From a virus (Duplodnaviria > Heunggongvirae > Uroviricota > Caudoviricetes): 64,000 nt of DNA. Shown piece by piece: positions 1 through 8,153 of the stretch; positions within the stretch are counted from its first letter, which is position 1, and every line of letters begins with the position of its first letter. Made by a program: the position numbers and the translations under genes. Location: the IMG/VR virus record IMGVR_UViG_3300029998_000014; one strand, written 5' to 3'. The notes beneath the pieces were generated by a model. That model made no database searches. It saw only the letters and a program-made list of their open reading frames with translations, and was not told where the DNA came from.

Positions 1-24
1 CAATTACGCCATTGGGGAATTTAG

Positions 25-113
25 TGGGGGCGGAGGGCTTCGAACCCCCATGTCTCACGACCGCTATGGTCTAACCTATATTTAGCTGCGGCTACCAATT
101 TCGCCACACCCCC
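25..113 (-). tRNA. Type II tRNA with long variable arm. The anticodon loop reads AUAUAGG, so the apparent anticodon is AUA (Tyr-like, unusual A34).
   Basis: Reverse complement folds as follows: acceptor GGGGGTG/CGCCCCC; 3-bp D stem with loop containing GG; anticodon stem CTAA/TTAG with 7-nt loop ATATAGG; 22-nt variable arm with CCAT/ATGG stem; T arm GGGGG-TTCGAAG-CCCTC; discriminator A. No encoded CCA. Confidence 0.6.
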
Positions 114-129
114 GATTGTTTTTTTTTTG

Positions 130-202
130 TGATCTGACTGGGATTTGAACCCAGAACCCCCGCCTTAAAAGGGCGATGCTCTACCAGTTGAGCTATCAGA
201 TC
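130..202 (-). tRNA. tRNA-Lys(TTT)
   Basis: Reverse complement GATCTGA TA GCTC AACTGGTA GAGC A TCGCC CTTTTAA GGCGG GGGTT CTGGG TTCAAAT CCCAG TCAGATC A. Perfect cloverleaf; anticodon TTT. Confidence 0.85.
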
Positions 203-356
203 TTGTAAATAACCACTTGGTTGTAGCGACACTACCAAGTGGTTTGTTGCCGAAACAACAACGGTCCTAAACCGTAAGTGGACTCTGTTGGTTTTGATCC
301 AACCTCTCATGCTCTTCAGGCATACGCTTTCACCAGATTAGCTTAGAGTCCTTAAA

Positions 357-1100
357 TTATATTTTATCCCATTCATCATCAGACAAACTATTTATTTCTT
401 TCTTTGAAGAAGGTATATTAAAATGTTTACACCATTTTCTAATAGCATTATCTGATCTATTGTATAATTTACCAATATTAATAAATGTTTCTGTGCGAAC
501 TAAAGTTTTTAAATATTCACGAGTTATACCAAGTTCATCGTAAAAATCATTAGCTATTCGTTTAGCAGAACAACTTAAACATAAACCACTTACAGAAGAA
601 CTTGTTATAGTATTACCACAAGAATTACAATATAATGCATCTATAACTTTATCTTTAACATTTTTACCTTTATAATTATCAGTAAAAGCATGACAGTTTG
701 GACATAATAATTTAAGATTATTTAATTCATTATTAGTTTTAATACCATCTATGTGGTGTGTTTCTAATGGAATAGGTTCTCCCATTCATTTAGTATTATC
801 ACAACATTCACATTTATGTTCTTTTAGATTATTTTTTAATAATTTATCTCTTAACTTACTTGTTTGTGTATATGCTGAATCTTTACAAAAGATTGTATCT
901 AAAGTGTACACATTCTTAGTTTCATTTGAAGAATTTCTTTTAAAATGAATTGTGCTAATTTGATGTTTTTTTATCTTAGTTTGAATTGTTTCATAATTAC
1001 CAGCAGTTAAAGGCAACCCATAATATCTACACACATCTGCAAAAGAATAACTTTCTTTTACAATTTTTTCTAAATTTTCTTTTGAATATTTGTTTTCCAT
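357..1100 (-). CDS. HNH endonuclease with CxxC zinc finger. Continuous only if the in-frame TGA at 786-788 is read as sense.
   Basis: Track ORFs 786..1136 and 357..785 lie in the same frame and are separated only by TGA (plus-strand tca at 786-788). The joined protein reads ...KCECCDNTK-W-MGEPIPLETHHIDGIKTNNELNNLKLLCPNCHA, i.e. the HNH motif spans the TGA. Likely start at MENKYSKE (1100). Confidence 0.7.
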
Positions 1101-1206
1101 AAATTGAACTATTATATTAATAGTACAAAGATACAAAAAATTTTCGAAAGTGCAAAATATATTTAGTTAAATATTGTTAATAGCAGAAAGAAACCACCGA
1201 AGTGGT

Positions 1207-1743
1207 TTATTCAAATAATCCTGAAGGTGTATTATGAAATTTATTATATAAAACATCTAATGTATAGGATTCATTATCTTTATTAACAAATAATAATTCT
1301 TCATCAATTATTGTCGGAGTGTAATTCTCCTTTAATACTTGTAAAAATGATTTAGTTCTTGTTACTGTGCCCCCAAATCTTGGATCATCTCCATAATTAA
1401 TGATATAAGTTCCTGACGATGGTGTCATACTAGCAAGAACATCATTATGAACATATTCTGATCTACCATCATGAGTTATTGTTTGACTAAATTCTTCAAG
1501 TAAACCTCTAATCATATCATTACTGATATTAAATTCATTAGCTCCTGATATTTTATATTTATCCTCATCATTCATAGATTGACTACTCATAGTAATTGTT
1601 TGAACTTTTCCAAACAATCTACGCATGCTTTCAACAACTCCAAAAAGAGGTCTTGGACCTCGTCCATTTAATGCATCTTCAAACCATTCTAAAGACTGCA
1701 TTAATACTTTATCACCTACTTTATATCGCTCTGTACCTCTCAT
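1207..1743 (-). CDS. Paralog family A, member 1 (unknown function)
   Basis: Shares N-terminal KVGDxVxxxSLxWF, mid FNISNDMIxG and C-terminal ENYTPxIDxxxLxFxxxDNxSYTL motifs with the next three ORFs. Confidence 0.6.
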   Translation of the reverse strand: MRGTERYKVGDKVLMQSLEWFEDALNGRGPRPLFGVVESMRRLFGKVQTITMSSQSMNDEDKYKISGANEFNISNDMIRGLLEEFSQTITHDGRSEYVHNDVLASMTPSSGTYIINYGDDPRFGGTVTRTKSFLQVLKENYTPTIIDEELLFVNKDNESYTLDVLYNKFHNTPSGLFE

Positions 1744-2098
1744 ATATTTCTTTTAAACTATATGCATCATTATTATCATTTATAAAATACAATCCACCTT
1801 CATCAATAAGTGGTGTATAATTCTTTTCTACATATTCAGGAAAAGATGAAGCTATTCCTTCAATCATATCATTACTAAAATTCCAATGACGTGGATCATC
1901 TACTAAGTGATATAAAGGTATATATGCATAACCTGCTTCATTATTTGAAATTACTTGTTCTTTACCAAAAAACTGACGCATATCATAAATTAATCCACCT
2001 TCAACAGCTACATGATTTTCCATCATTTCATCAAACCAAGCTAATGATTTTAGTCTAACAACATCACCAATTTTATACTTCTTTAAAGAACTCATCAA
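1721..2098 (-). CDS. Paralog family A, member 2
   Basis: KIGDVVRLKSLAWFDE ... WNFSNDMIEGI ... KNYTPLIDEGGLYFINDNNDAYSLKEIYERY. Overlaps neighbours by about 25 nt. Confidence 0.6.
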   Translation of the reverse strand: MMSSLKKYKIGDVVRLKSLAWFDEMMENHVAVEGGLIYDMRQFFGKEQVISNNEAGYAYIPLYHLVDDPRHWNFSNDMIEGIASSFPEYVEKNYTPLIDEGGLYFINDNNDAYSLKEIYERYRAI

Positions 2099-2531
2099 AT
2101 ATTTCTTTTAAAGTAAATGAATTATTATCTTTATCAGTAAATGTTAAAGTTTCACCATCAAGAAATGGAGTATAATTCTTTTCAAGATGTTCAGGAAATT
2201 TATTTGGAGTAATAACATCCCATGAATATTGATCAGGATCAATTATATTTTCATGTCTATGTATTAATTCAGAAGTTTTTATATTATCAATCATTTGATC
2301 AGTATACGTATATTCATTATCACTACCACCACTGCAACCTGCTAAAACATATCCACAATAATTTGTATCAACATGAGTAATAACTTGAATTGTTCCAAAA
2401 TAAGGTCTCATATCACTAGCTAAACCTAATCTAACATCACCTCTATCGTCATGTACATCAAACCAATCTTTAGATTTCAAATGTACACATTGTCCTACTT
2501 TATACTTAACTGTTGGTAGTGAATCTCTCAT
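2073..2531 (-). CDS. Paralog family A, member 3
   Basis: KVGQCVHLKSKDWFD ... YTDQMIDNI ... KNYTPFLDGETLTFTDKDNNSFTLKEIFDEF. Confidence 0.6.
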   Translation of the reverse strand: MRDSLPTVKYKVGQCVHLKSKDWFDVHDDRGDVRLGLASDMRPYFGTIQVITHVDTNYCGYVLAGCSGGSDNEYTYTDQMIDNIKTSELIHRHENIIDPDQYSWDVITPNKFPEHLEKNYTPFLDGETLTFTDKDNNSFTLKEIFDEFFKEV

Positions 2532-3075
2532 ATAACTGTGTTAAAGTAAATGAATTATTTTCATTATCTGTATAAGTTACAACTCCATCATAAGCAAATG
2601 GAACAAACTTCTCAACATATTGTATAAATGCTTTAACGTGAATTGAAAGACTGTTTGAAAAACCTAATAATCCACTAAAATCAGTAGTACCTCTCATTCT
2701 ACCTCTCAATTCTTGTAATGAAAGTTGTTCATACATACTTAAAGCACTTGACATACTTGAAGTACCTGAAGTTAAACTAGATCCTATGGTATTATACATA
2801 CTTACTAATCTATCATATCCATTAGTTGTAATTGGCATATCATAATACTTATCAACCATATCTATTGAGAAATACCAACCTTTAGAATCACTTTCAATAT
2901 TAAATAATTCAACACCTCTTAATTGAGATCCTCCAATTTTTACAGATTTTATAATATGTTCTTTACCAAAATATTGTTCCATATCATTAGTCAATATTGG
3001 CAAGAAATCTGCTTTTTTCTCATCATACCATTCTTTAGGTTTTAATAAAACCTTCATTCCTTGTTTTAAAATCAT
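2506..3075 (-). CDS. Paralog family A, member 4 (divergent, longer)
   Basis: GMKVLLKPKEWYDE ... FNIESD ... FVPFAYDGVVTYTDNENNSFTLTQLYERF. Confidence 0.55.
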   Translation of the reverse strand: MILKQGMKVLLKPKEWYDEKKADFLPILTNDMEQYFGKEHIIKSVKIGGSQLRGVELFNIESDSKGWYFSIDMVDKYYDMPITTNGYDRLVSMYNTIGSSLTSGTSSMSSALSMYEQLSLQELRGRMRGTTDFSGLLGFSNSLSIHVKAFIQYVEKFVPFAYDGVVTYTDNENNSFTLTQLYERFTTNS

Positions 3076-3128
3076 TTTCCATCTTCATTTAACTTGGGTA
3101 ATCATCCCAATTTTACCTAATTTATTTG

Positions 3129-3200
3129 TAAGAGCAGAGAGAATTGAACTCCCGACATCTTCCATGTAAGGGAAGCGTTCCACCACTGAACTATGCTCTC
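3129..3200 (-). tRNA. tRNA-Val(TAC)
   Basis: Reverse complement GAGAGCA TA GTTC AGTGGTG GAAC G CTTCC CTTACAT GGAAG ATGTC GGGAG TTCAATT CTCTC TGCTCTT A. G1-U72 wobble; anticodon TAC. Confidence 0.8.
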
Positions 3201-3258
3201 GGTTGTATTGTAGACAGTACTATCTTGTAGAACCAATACTAATTTTATATCTACTTTG

Positions 3259-3332
3259 TGTTCACAACAGGACTTGAACCTGTGACCCCCAACTTATCAG
3301 GCTGGTGCTCTAACCAACTGAGCTACGCAAAC
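3259..3332 (-). tRNA. tRNA-Ile(GAT)
   Basis: Reverse complement GTTTGCG TA GCTC AGTTGGTTA GAGC A CCAGC CTGATAA GTTGG GGGTC ACAGG TTCAAGT CCTGT TGTGAAC A. Anticodon GAT. Confidence 0.8.
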
Positions 3333-3424
3333 AGTTAAACAGTAACTATTCTTAGACTTTCGACATCCTTAATAGCTTTCCAATGATAACTAATTGCTGT
3401 TTACCAATTAGCTTCTTCGAAGAG

Positions 3425-3498
3425 TGGAATCTGTGGGTTTCGAACCCACCACCTATTGCTTGCAAAGCAATCGCTCTAGCCAAATGAGCTAAGACCCC
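3425..3498 (-). tRNA. tRNA-Ala(TGC)
   Basis: Reverse complement GGGGTCT TA GCTC ATTTGGCTA GAGC G ATTGC TTTGCAA GCAAT AGGTG GTGGG TTCGAAA CCCAC AGATTCC A. G3-U70 Ala identity pair present; anticodon TGC. Confidence 0.85.
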
Positions 3499-3663
3499 GA
3501 TTTAAAGTTTTTTGTGCCACGGTGATTGTATGCCAAACTGGTAAAAACTTAATAATACCCATGCGCCAAATACGATGCGCGAGACAAGTATGCATAAACT
3601 ATCAAACTTTCGTTATTAAGTTCCTAGGCCTTCTCAATCTACGTTCAGTTGTTCCTACTGGTT

Positions 3664-3879
3664 TTATTTAATTATTTCAAGTTCTTCTGGAGAATAACCA
3701 TATCTTAATTTAGAAGGTAACCATCTAACATTCCATTCATCACCTTCACCATCAGGATATACTAAATCTTCAACTATACCTATACACTTTCCAAATTCAT
3801 CAACATGATCTTTACAATCATTTGCAATTAATCCTCTTTTAAAGGATTTAGTCATTTTAACTATATCTCCTGATTTCAT
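3664..3879 (-). CDS. Hypothetical small protein (KOW-like GDIVKM and WNVRW motifs)
   Basis: The track ORF 3664..3954 overlaps tRNA-Cys. The internal ATG at 3877-3879 (MKSGDIVKMTKS...) avoids the overlap. Confidence 0.45.
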   Translation of the reverse strand: MKSGDIVKMTKSFKRGLIANDCKDHVDEFGKCIGIVEDLVYPDGEGDEWNVRWLPSKLRYGYSPEELEIIK

Positions 3880-3895
3880 AATTTTATTTATTTTG

Positions 3896-3968
3896 AGCCC
3901 ATACCAAGATTCGAACTTGGGCGTGCGATTTTTGCAGAATCGAATGTTAACCACTTCACCATACGGGC
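3896..3968 (-). tRNA. tRNA-Cys(GCA)
   Basis: Reverse complement GCCCGTA TG GTG AAGTGGTTAA CAT T CGATT CTGCAAA AATCG CACGC CCAAG TTCGAAT CTTGG TATGGGC T. Anticodon GCA; discriminator U73 as expected for Cys. Confidence 0.8.
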
Positions 3969-4448
3969 TTATCTATTATTAATAATATTACTAATGGTTC
4001 CTTTACTACTAATATTATATTTTTCCATAATTTCTTTATAAGTATGCCCTAAATTTCGGTATGCTTTAATTTCTAAAACTAATTCATCAGAATATTTTTT
4101 ATTAGCATTAGATGCAATTCTAATTCTTTCTTCTTTAGGTTTATCCATCATATTATCACTATATGATCCAATTTCAATATTATCCCAAGAATTATTTAAT
4201 CCGTTACCATCTAAATGTCTAACTACTATATCTTCGTTAAAAATAATTTCTCCAAATTTTTGATATGCTTGTAATCTATGTACTTTAACTGGAATATGTT
4301 TTTCATTTAATCTAATATTAAATTTTTTATAATTTTTATTATAAATAGTTCCTGTTAAAATTTTTTCTTTAGGATTTAAAATATCACCATTTATAGTTAT
4401 TTTATATCCTTTTTCAATTGCTAATAATTCATTTTTACTTCTTTCCAT
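3969..4448 (-). CDS. HNH_3/AP2-type homing endonuclease
   Basis: Motif VHRLQAYQKFGEIIFNEDIVVRHLDGNGLNNSWDNIEIGSYSDNMMD. The track ORF N-terminus overlaps a tRNA-like gene, so the start is placed at MERSKNELL (ATG 4446-4448). The gene sits between tRNA genes. Confidence 0.75.
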   Translation of the reverse strand: MERSKNELLAIEKGYKITINGDILNPKEKILTGTIYNKNYKKFNIRLNEKHIPVKVHRLQAYQKFGEIIFNEDIVVRHLDGNGLNNSWDNIEIGSYSDNMMDKPKEERIRIASNANKKYSDELVLEIKAYRNLGHTYKEIMEKYNISSKGTISNIINNR

Positions 4449-4452
4449 ATTG

Positions 4453-4529
4453 TACCTACTCCTGGGATTGAACCAGGCTGTCACCAAATAACCTTTCAAC
4501 AAGATATAAGCTTGAGGGTATAAGTAGGC
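4453..4529 (-). tRNA. Atypical tRNA-like gene; anticodon unresolved (candidate hairpin CAAG-CTTATAT-CTTG gives UAU). No normal D arm.
   Basis: Good acceptor (GCCTACT/AGTAGGT) and T arm (CCTGG-TTCAATC-CCAGG, 77 nt), but the internal region does not fold into a canonical D arm plus anticodon arm. Confidence 0.4.
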
Positions 4530-4559
4530 ATAAAAAATCTCTTTATTCACTTTAAGCAG

Positions 4560-4920
4560 AGTGGAATAATTATATTGACTTAGGTCATAACGAAGGCTTT
4601 TCTGCGAACACTAACCATATCATAACTACATTTACCAAAACATTCAACCACTGCTATGGTTTATAACCTACGTACTCAACTTTCGTCCTTACCCCTTATT
4701 GGGTTGGGTGTCTCCCCCTGGTTACCGTTTTGCTTCAATTAAAGAGATTTTATTTGTTCAACTTAGAGTAGTCACGGCTACCTCTGATCTCTAAGTCTAA
4801 TACTAACAGTGGCAAAATGTAGCTCGACCCTAGTTAGTTTTGTTAATTGGTATGGGCAATAACTTTATAAGTTAAGACTACAACCCCATCTTTGATGGTT
4901 TATTCTATCGTAGCTAATAA
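4560..4920. ncRNA. ORF-free, GC-richer block; candidate structured RNA of unknown class
   Basis: No ORF of 60 aa or more on either strand across ~360 nt in a densely coded genome. Local GC is clearly above the genome average, and tRNA genes flank the block. Confidence 0.25.
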
Positions 4921-4936
4921 TAAATAAACCTAGTTG

Positions 4937-5009
4937 TACTCCAAGCTGGACTTGAACCAGCGACCCTCGGTTTAGAAAACCGATGCTCTATCCACTGAGC
5001 TACTGGAGC
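4937..5009 (-). tRNA. tRNA-Arg(TCT)
   Basis: Reverse complement GCTCCAG TA GCTC AGTGGATA GAGC A TCGGT TTTCTAA ACCGA GGGTC GCTGG TTCAAGT CCAGC TTGGAGT A. Anticodon TCT. Confidence 0.8.
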
Positions 5010-5014
5010 ATTTT

Positions 5015-5500
5015 AAAAATGAGTAACGGGAGGGACAATTACACGCATGTTATCCACGGGACTACACCTACATCTTTTCGTTAGGGATATCTGGACTTAA
5101 TTCCTCATTCTAAGTCAGCATTGGGTTCCCCTCTTACCTGACTCACCGACCATTCTCGGATGTTACTCATTTAATTTTTAAAAATATTGATGTGCTATTA
5201 CGCCAAAGGGATTTCAGTCCTTACCAGTTACGGGGTGACCTCCAACTTACCTTACCACATTAAATTCCAACTTGAATTGGTTTATCAACGTAGTCTCGTC
5301 CCACTCTTTAGATGATTGCTGCTTCCAAGCCAACATTTCAATATTTTATATTTTAAAAAAGATATACTAATTGCGATTGTATATTATAGAAACATCATCG
5401 ACGATAATAAATTACCATTCTAGATATAACATTCACCAATACTTTAAATACGGAGGAATTCCAGAGTCACTTCCCTCATATACAATTAGAGCCCTCTGGA
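5015..5500. ncRNA. ORF-free, GC-richer block; candidate structured RNA of unknown class
   Basis: About 480 nt with no ORF on either strand, flanked by tRNA-Arg and a small membrane-protein gene; locally GC-rich segments are present. Confidence 0.25.
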
Positions 5501-5501
5501 C

Positions 5502-5717
5502 CTAGACTGTTTCTTCTTTTAATTTTTTATTCCATTTTAAAAATCCTCTAATATTTAAAACTGTAAATGCTAAATACATTATAACTATTGAAATCATATT
5601 CCAGAATAATATTATTCCAAGAATACTTCCAATTGCTCCAAGTATGAAGCCAATTATTCTCTTATTACTTATCAAATAATAAGCGTATAAGTTTAAAATC
5701 ATTAAAATCCAATCCAT
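5502..5717 (-). CDS. Small integral membrane protein (2 TM helices)
   Basis: 71 aa, hydrophobic; sequence ...IIGFILGAIGSILGIILFWNMISIVIMYLAF.... Confidence 0.5.
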   Translation of the reverse strand: MDWILMILNLYAYYLISNKRIIGFILGAIGSILGIILFWNMISIVIMYLAFTVLNIRGFLKWNKKLKEETV

Positions 5718-5920
5718 TATCTATTTGTTTAAGTTTTAAAAAGGGTTGGGTATATAGTAGAACTTTAATCAACTTATACGTTTATGAATTACACATAATT
5801 GCTATCTACCACCCTTTATTTTAACATCCCTCTCTGCCGCAATCAAGTTTCGGCTGTCTTGTGCTTTGTTTGAACCATTATCAATTGCCGATTTATGGTC
5901 ACAGAGTTGAGGATATTTAG

Positions 5921-5993
5921 TTGCGAAGGAGGGAATTGAACCCCCGACCTCAAGGTTATGAGCCTTGCGAGCTACCACTGCTACCACTTCGCG
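5921..5993 (-). tRNA. tRNA-Met(CAT), possibly initiator-type (C1xA72 mismatch)
   Basis: Reverse complement CGCGAAG TG G TAGC AGTGGTA GCTC G CAAGG CTCATAA CCTTG AGGTC GGGGG TTCAATT CCCTC CTTCGCA A. Anticodon CAT; 1-72 unpaired as in bacterial tRNA-fMet. Confidence 0.7.
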
Positions 5994-6003
5994 ATATATT
6001 TTG

Positions 6004-6076
6004 TATAGATGGTGAGACTCGAACTCACGACCCCTTGCTCCCAAAGCAAGAACGCTACCAACTGCGCCACATCTAT
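6004..6076 (-). tRNA. tRNA-Pro(TGG)
   Basis: Reverse complement ATAGATG TG GCGC AGTTGGTA GCGT T CTTGC TTTGGGA GCAAG GGGTC GTGAG TTCGAGT CTCAC CATCTAT A. Anticodon TGG. Confidence 0.8.
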
Positions 6077-6079
6077 ATT

Positions 6080-6298
6080 TTAATTATTGAATATTTCACA
6101 AATTAATTCTTCAGAAATCCATTCTTCAATTACATCTTTACTATCATTTTCAGTAATAAAAAATATTTCATGATCTTCTATAGCATCTTTTAAATATCTT
6201 GAAACTTTATTAAGATCTGATATGCTTGAAGACTTAAAAATAAGTCTTGGTGTTTCACGATTACTTATTCTAAGTAAATAATATTTTTTTTCTATCAT
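6080..6298 (-). CDS. Hypothetical protein
   Basis: 72-aa ORF co-directional with its block; no recognisable motif. Confidence 0.4.
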   Translation of the reverse strand: MIEKKYYLLRISNRETPRLIFKSSSISDLNKVSRYLKDAIEDHEIFFITENDSKDVIEEWISEELICEIFNN

Positions 6299-6318
6299 AA
6301 TTAATTTATCAATATTTT

Positions 6319-6391
6319 GTATTCGGACGGGGAATCGAACCCCGCTTGCTGGGATGAAAACCCAGATTACTAGCCGCTATAAGACCCGAAC
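6319..6391 (-). tRNA. tRNA-Glu(TTC)
   Basis: Reverse complement GTTCGGG TC TTA TAGCGGCTAG TAA T CTGGG TTTTCAT CCCAG CAAG CGGGG TTCGATT CCCCG TCCGAAT A. Glu-type D arm; anticodon TTC. Confidence 0.75.
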
Positions 6392-6510
6392 ATATATTTT
6401 TTATTGGGACTACAAAAGTACAACAATAAGAACAATAAAAACCCATAAATTATCAATTTATGATAAAATAATGATCTAACTGTTCTTATTGTTATATCTT
6501 TCAATAAATT

Positions 6511-6897
6511 TTACTTCACATCGATATCGTATATCTTATAAAGTAGTTGTGCATCTTGGTAAGTTAATGACATATAAATATCACCATTATTTAAAATAGT
6601 AATAGTCAGTTGTCCAACTTCTTTGTGGTGATTTATAAATTTTCCACTAAATATAGTACTTTCATTAAACTTTTTTATTTCTAATTGGTTATAACTAATA
6701 TACTGAATATCAGTAGAATAAATCGTAATCTTGTCTCTAACATTATCCCATACTAGAACAACATTAGATTTTTGCCATCCACCCCATTCTCCATTTAAAA
6801 CTTTAGCATTAAATAATTCAGTTTTAAACCGTTTAATTTCTGCTGAAGCTGAACATAGTGATATCAATAAGGCAATAATTACCAAGATTCTTTTCAT
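6511..6897 (-). CDS. Secreted/periplasmic protein with signal peptide
   Basis: N-terminus MKRILVIIALLISLCSASAEI. Confidence 0.5.
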   Translation of the reverse strand: MKRILVIIALLISLCSASAEIKRFKTELFNAKVLNGEWGGWQKSNVVLVWDNVRDKITIYSTDIQYISYNQLEIKKFNESTIFSGKFINHHKEVGQLTITILNNGDIYMSLTYQDAQLLYKIYDIDVK

Positions 6898-7136
6898 TAC
6901 TCAACTAATTTAGTAAGATTTTCGATAAATCGAGTGTTTTGAGCCTGAATAGATGAATGATCATCAATTTCTTTCAGAATAGCAGCGCGTTTGGCTTCTT
7001 TTTCATCAATACTTGCTTTTAATTCAGCGTCGAGTTTTTGAGCATCAGATAATGCTTTTGTAAAAGTTCCCATAATTTTAGCACGTTTAGCACCAAAATC
7101 AACTGACTTGAACAAGTTTGTAATAAATTTAAACAT
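6897..7136 (-). CDS. Hypothetical coiled-coil protein
   Basis: 79-aa ORF; K/E-rich helical sequence. Confidence 0.4.
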   Translation of the reverse strand: MFKFITNLFKSVDFGAKRAKIMGTFTKALSDAQKLDAELKASIDEKEAKRAAILKEIDDHSSIQAQNTRFIENLTKLVE

Positions 7137-7161
7137 TTTGTTAAATTTTTAAAAGTTAATA

Positions 7162-7500
7162 CTATTGAACGAAGTCATACTTAACTCCGAAACCTTCATC
7201 ATATCGATTGACATGAGATTTAAATCTTTGATCTTTCGACATAGATTTCCATTGAGCAGGTTTCTCCCAATGTGGACAGTCCGGTTTGTTCCATTCATTT
7301 ACCACTTCTTCAGAAATTCGCACTTTACGAACGCATTCCGAAGGATAGCGATCAGAGTGTTTGATTTTTCTGGAAATGAAATTTGGATGTTTTGCTCCAA
7401 CTTCTGAGACGTCAACAGTGACAATTTGATTGTCAACATGTTTTTGAAAACCCATAAGGTTTCCTTTAAGATTAACGGTTAATAATACACCTAAACCCAT
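7162..7500 (-). CDS. Hypothetical protein
   Basis: 112-aa ORF; no recognisable motif. Confidence 0.45.
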   Translation of the reverse strand: MGLGVLLTVNLKGNLMGFQKHVDNQIVTVDVSEVGAKHPNFISRKIKHSDRYPSECVRKVRISEEVVNEWNKPDCPHWEKPAQWKSMSKDQRFKSHVNRYDEGFGVKYDFVQ

Positions 7501-7897
7501 TTTGTTTTCTCATGCCCTTGAGATATTTTAATTAGTGGCCAAATTACAGTTCTTAATACTGTCAAGCACATGTGTTTTCATCTAGAGCTACTATTGTTCA
7601 CTCAAACACACAAAAGATCATTTTTCAGAATCTAGAAATTCATATGGTTCAGTATGATTATTAAATACTTCAATAATTTCAGCAATAATAACTTGATCAG
7701 AACCGGTCGCAATTATTTTATATTTGCGAAAGATTTTTAAAAGTTCTTCTTCCATATTTTATATATAAAGTCTTATTTCAAATTTACCAATCGCAAACTT
7801 ATATCCAATACACTGTATATTCATCATTTTTTCAAATCTGAACCATTTACCACCAATTAGATATTTTCTATTTACTATTCGAATTCGCATAAGATTA

Positions 7898-8140
7898 TTA
7901 TGGTACAAATGGTTTAAACGTTACGCTTACACATTTACCACTTTCCCAAACAGGAATCATTTCACTTAACTCTTCTTCTGAGTCTATGTAAACTACACGC
8001 ATGTCGGTAATTTCCTCAGAATCATTTATTTCAGTTAAAACATTCTCTGCATCATTTGTTACAGACATGTTTCCTAAATTTAAGTCGACAATATTAATGA
8101 TACCATCGGCGTTTGTGTATACGTAATCAGCTTTTACCAT
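7898..8140 (-). CDS. Hypothetical acidic protein
   Basis: 80-aa ORF. Confidence 0.4.
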   Translation of the reverse strand: MVKADYVYTNADGIINIVDLNLGNMSVTNDAENVLTEINDSEEITDMRVVYIDSEEELSEMIPVWESGKCVSVTFKPFVP

Positions 8141-8153
8141 TTTATTTTATTTG

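Noticed and set aside
92-310. Track ORF (72 aa, minus) overlapping tRNA-Lys and the hairpin cluster
   Set aside because: Its sequence is the tRNA gene read as protein; there is no coding signal.
751-948. Plus-strand ORF antisense to the HNH gene
   Set aside because: It lies entirely inside the recoded HNH reading frame on the opposite strand.
5718-5920. Possible extra tRNA suggested by a GTTTGAACC T-loop-like string
   Set aside because: Neither strand gives a T stem or acceptor pairing around it.
5802-6106. Track ORFs 5802..6044 (-) and 5921..6106 (+)
   Set aside because: Both lie over the tRNA-Met/tRNA-Pro pair. They are GC-rich tRNA sequence, not genes.
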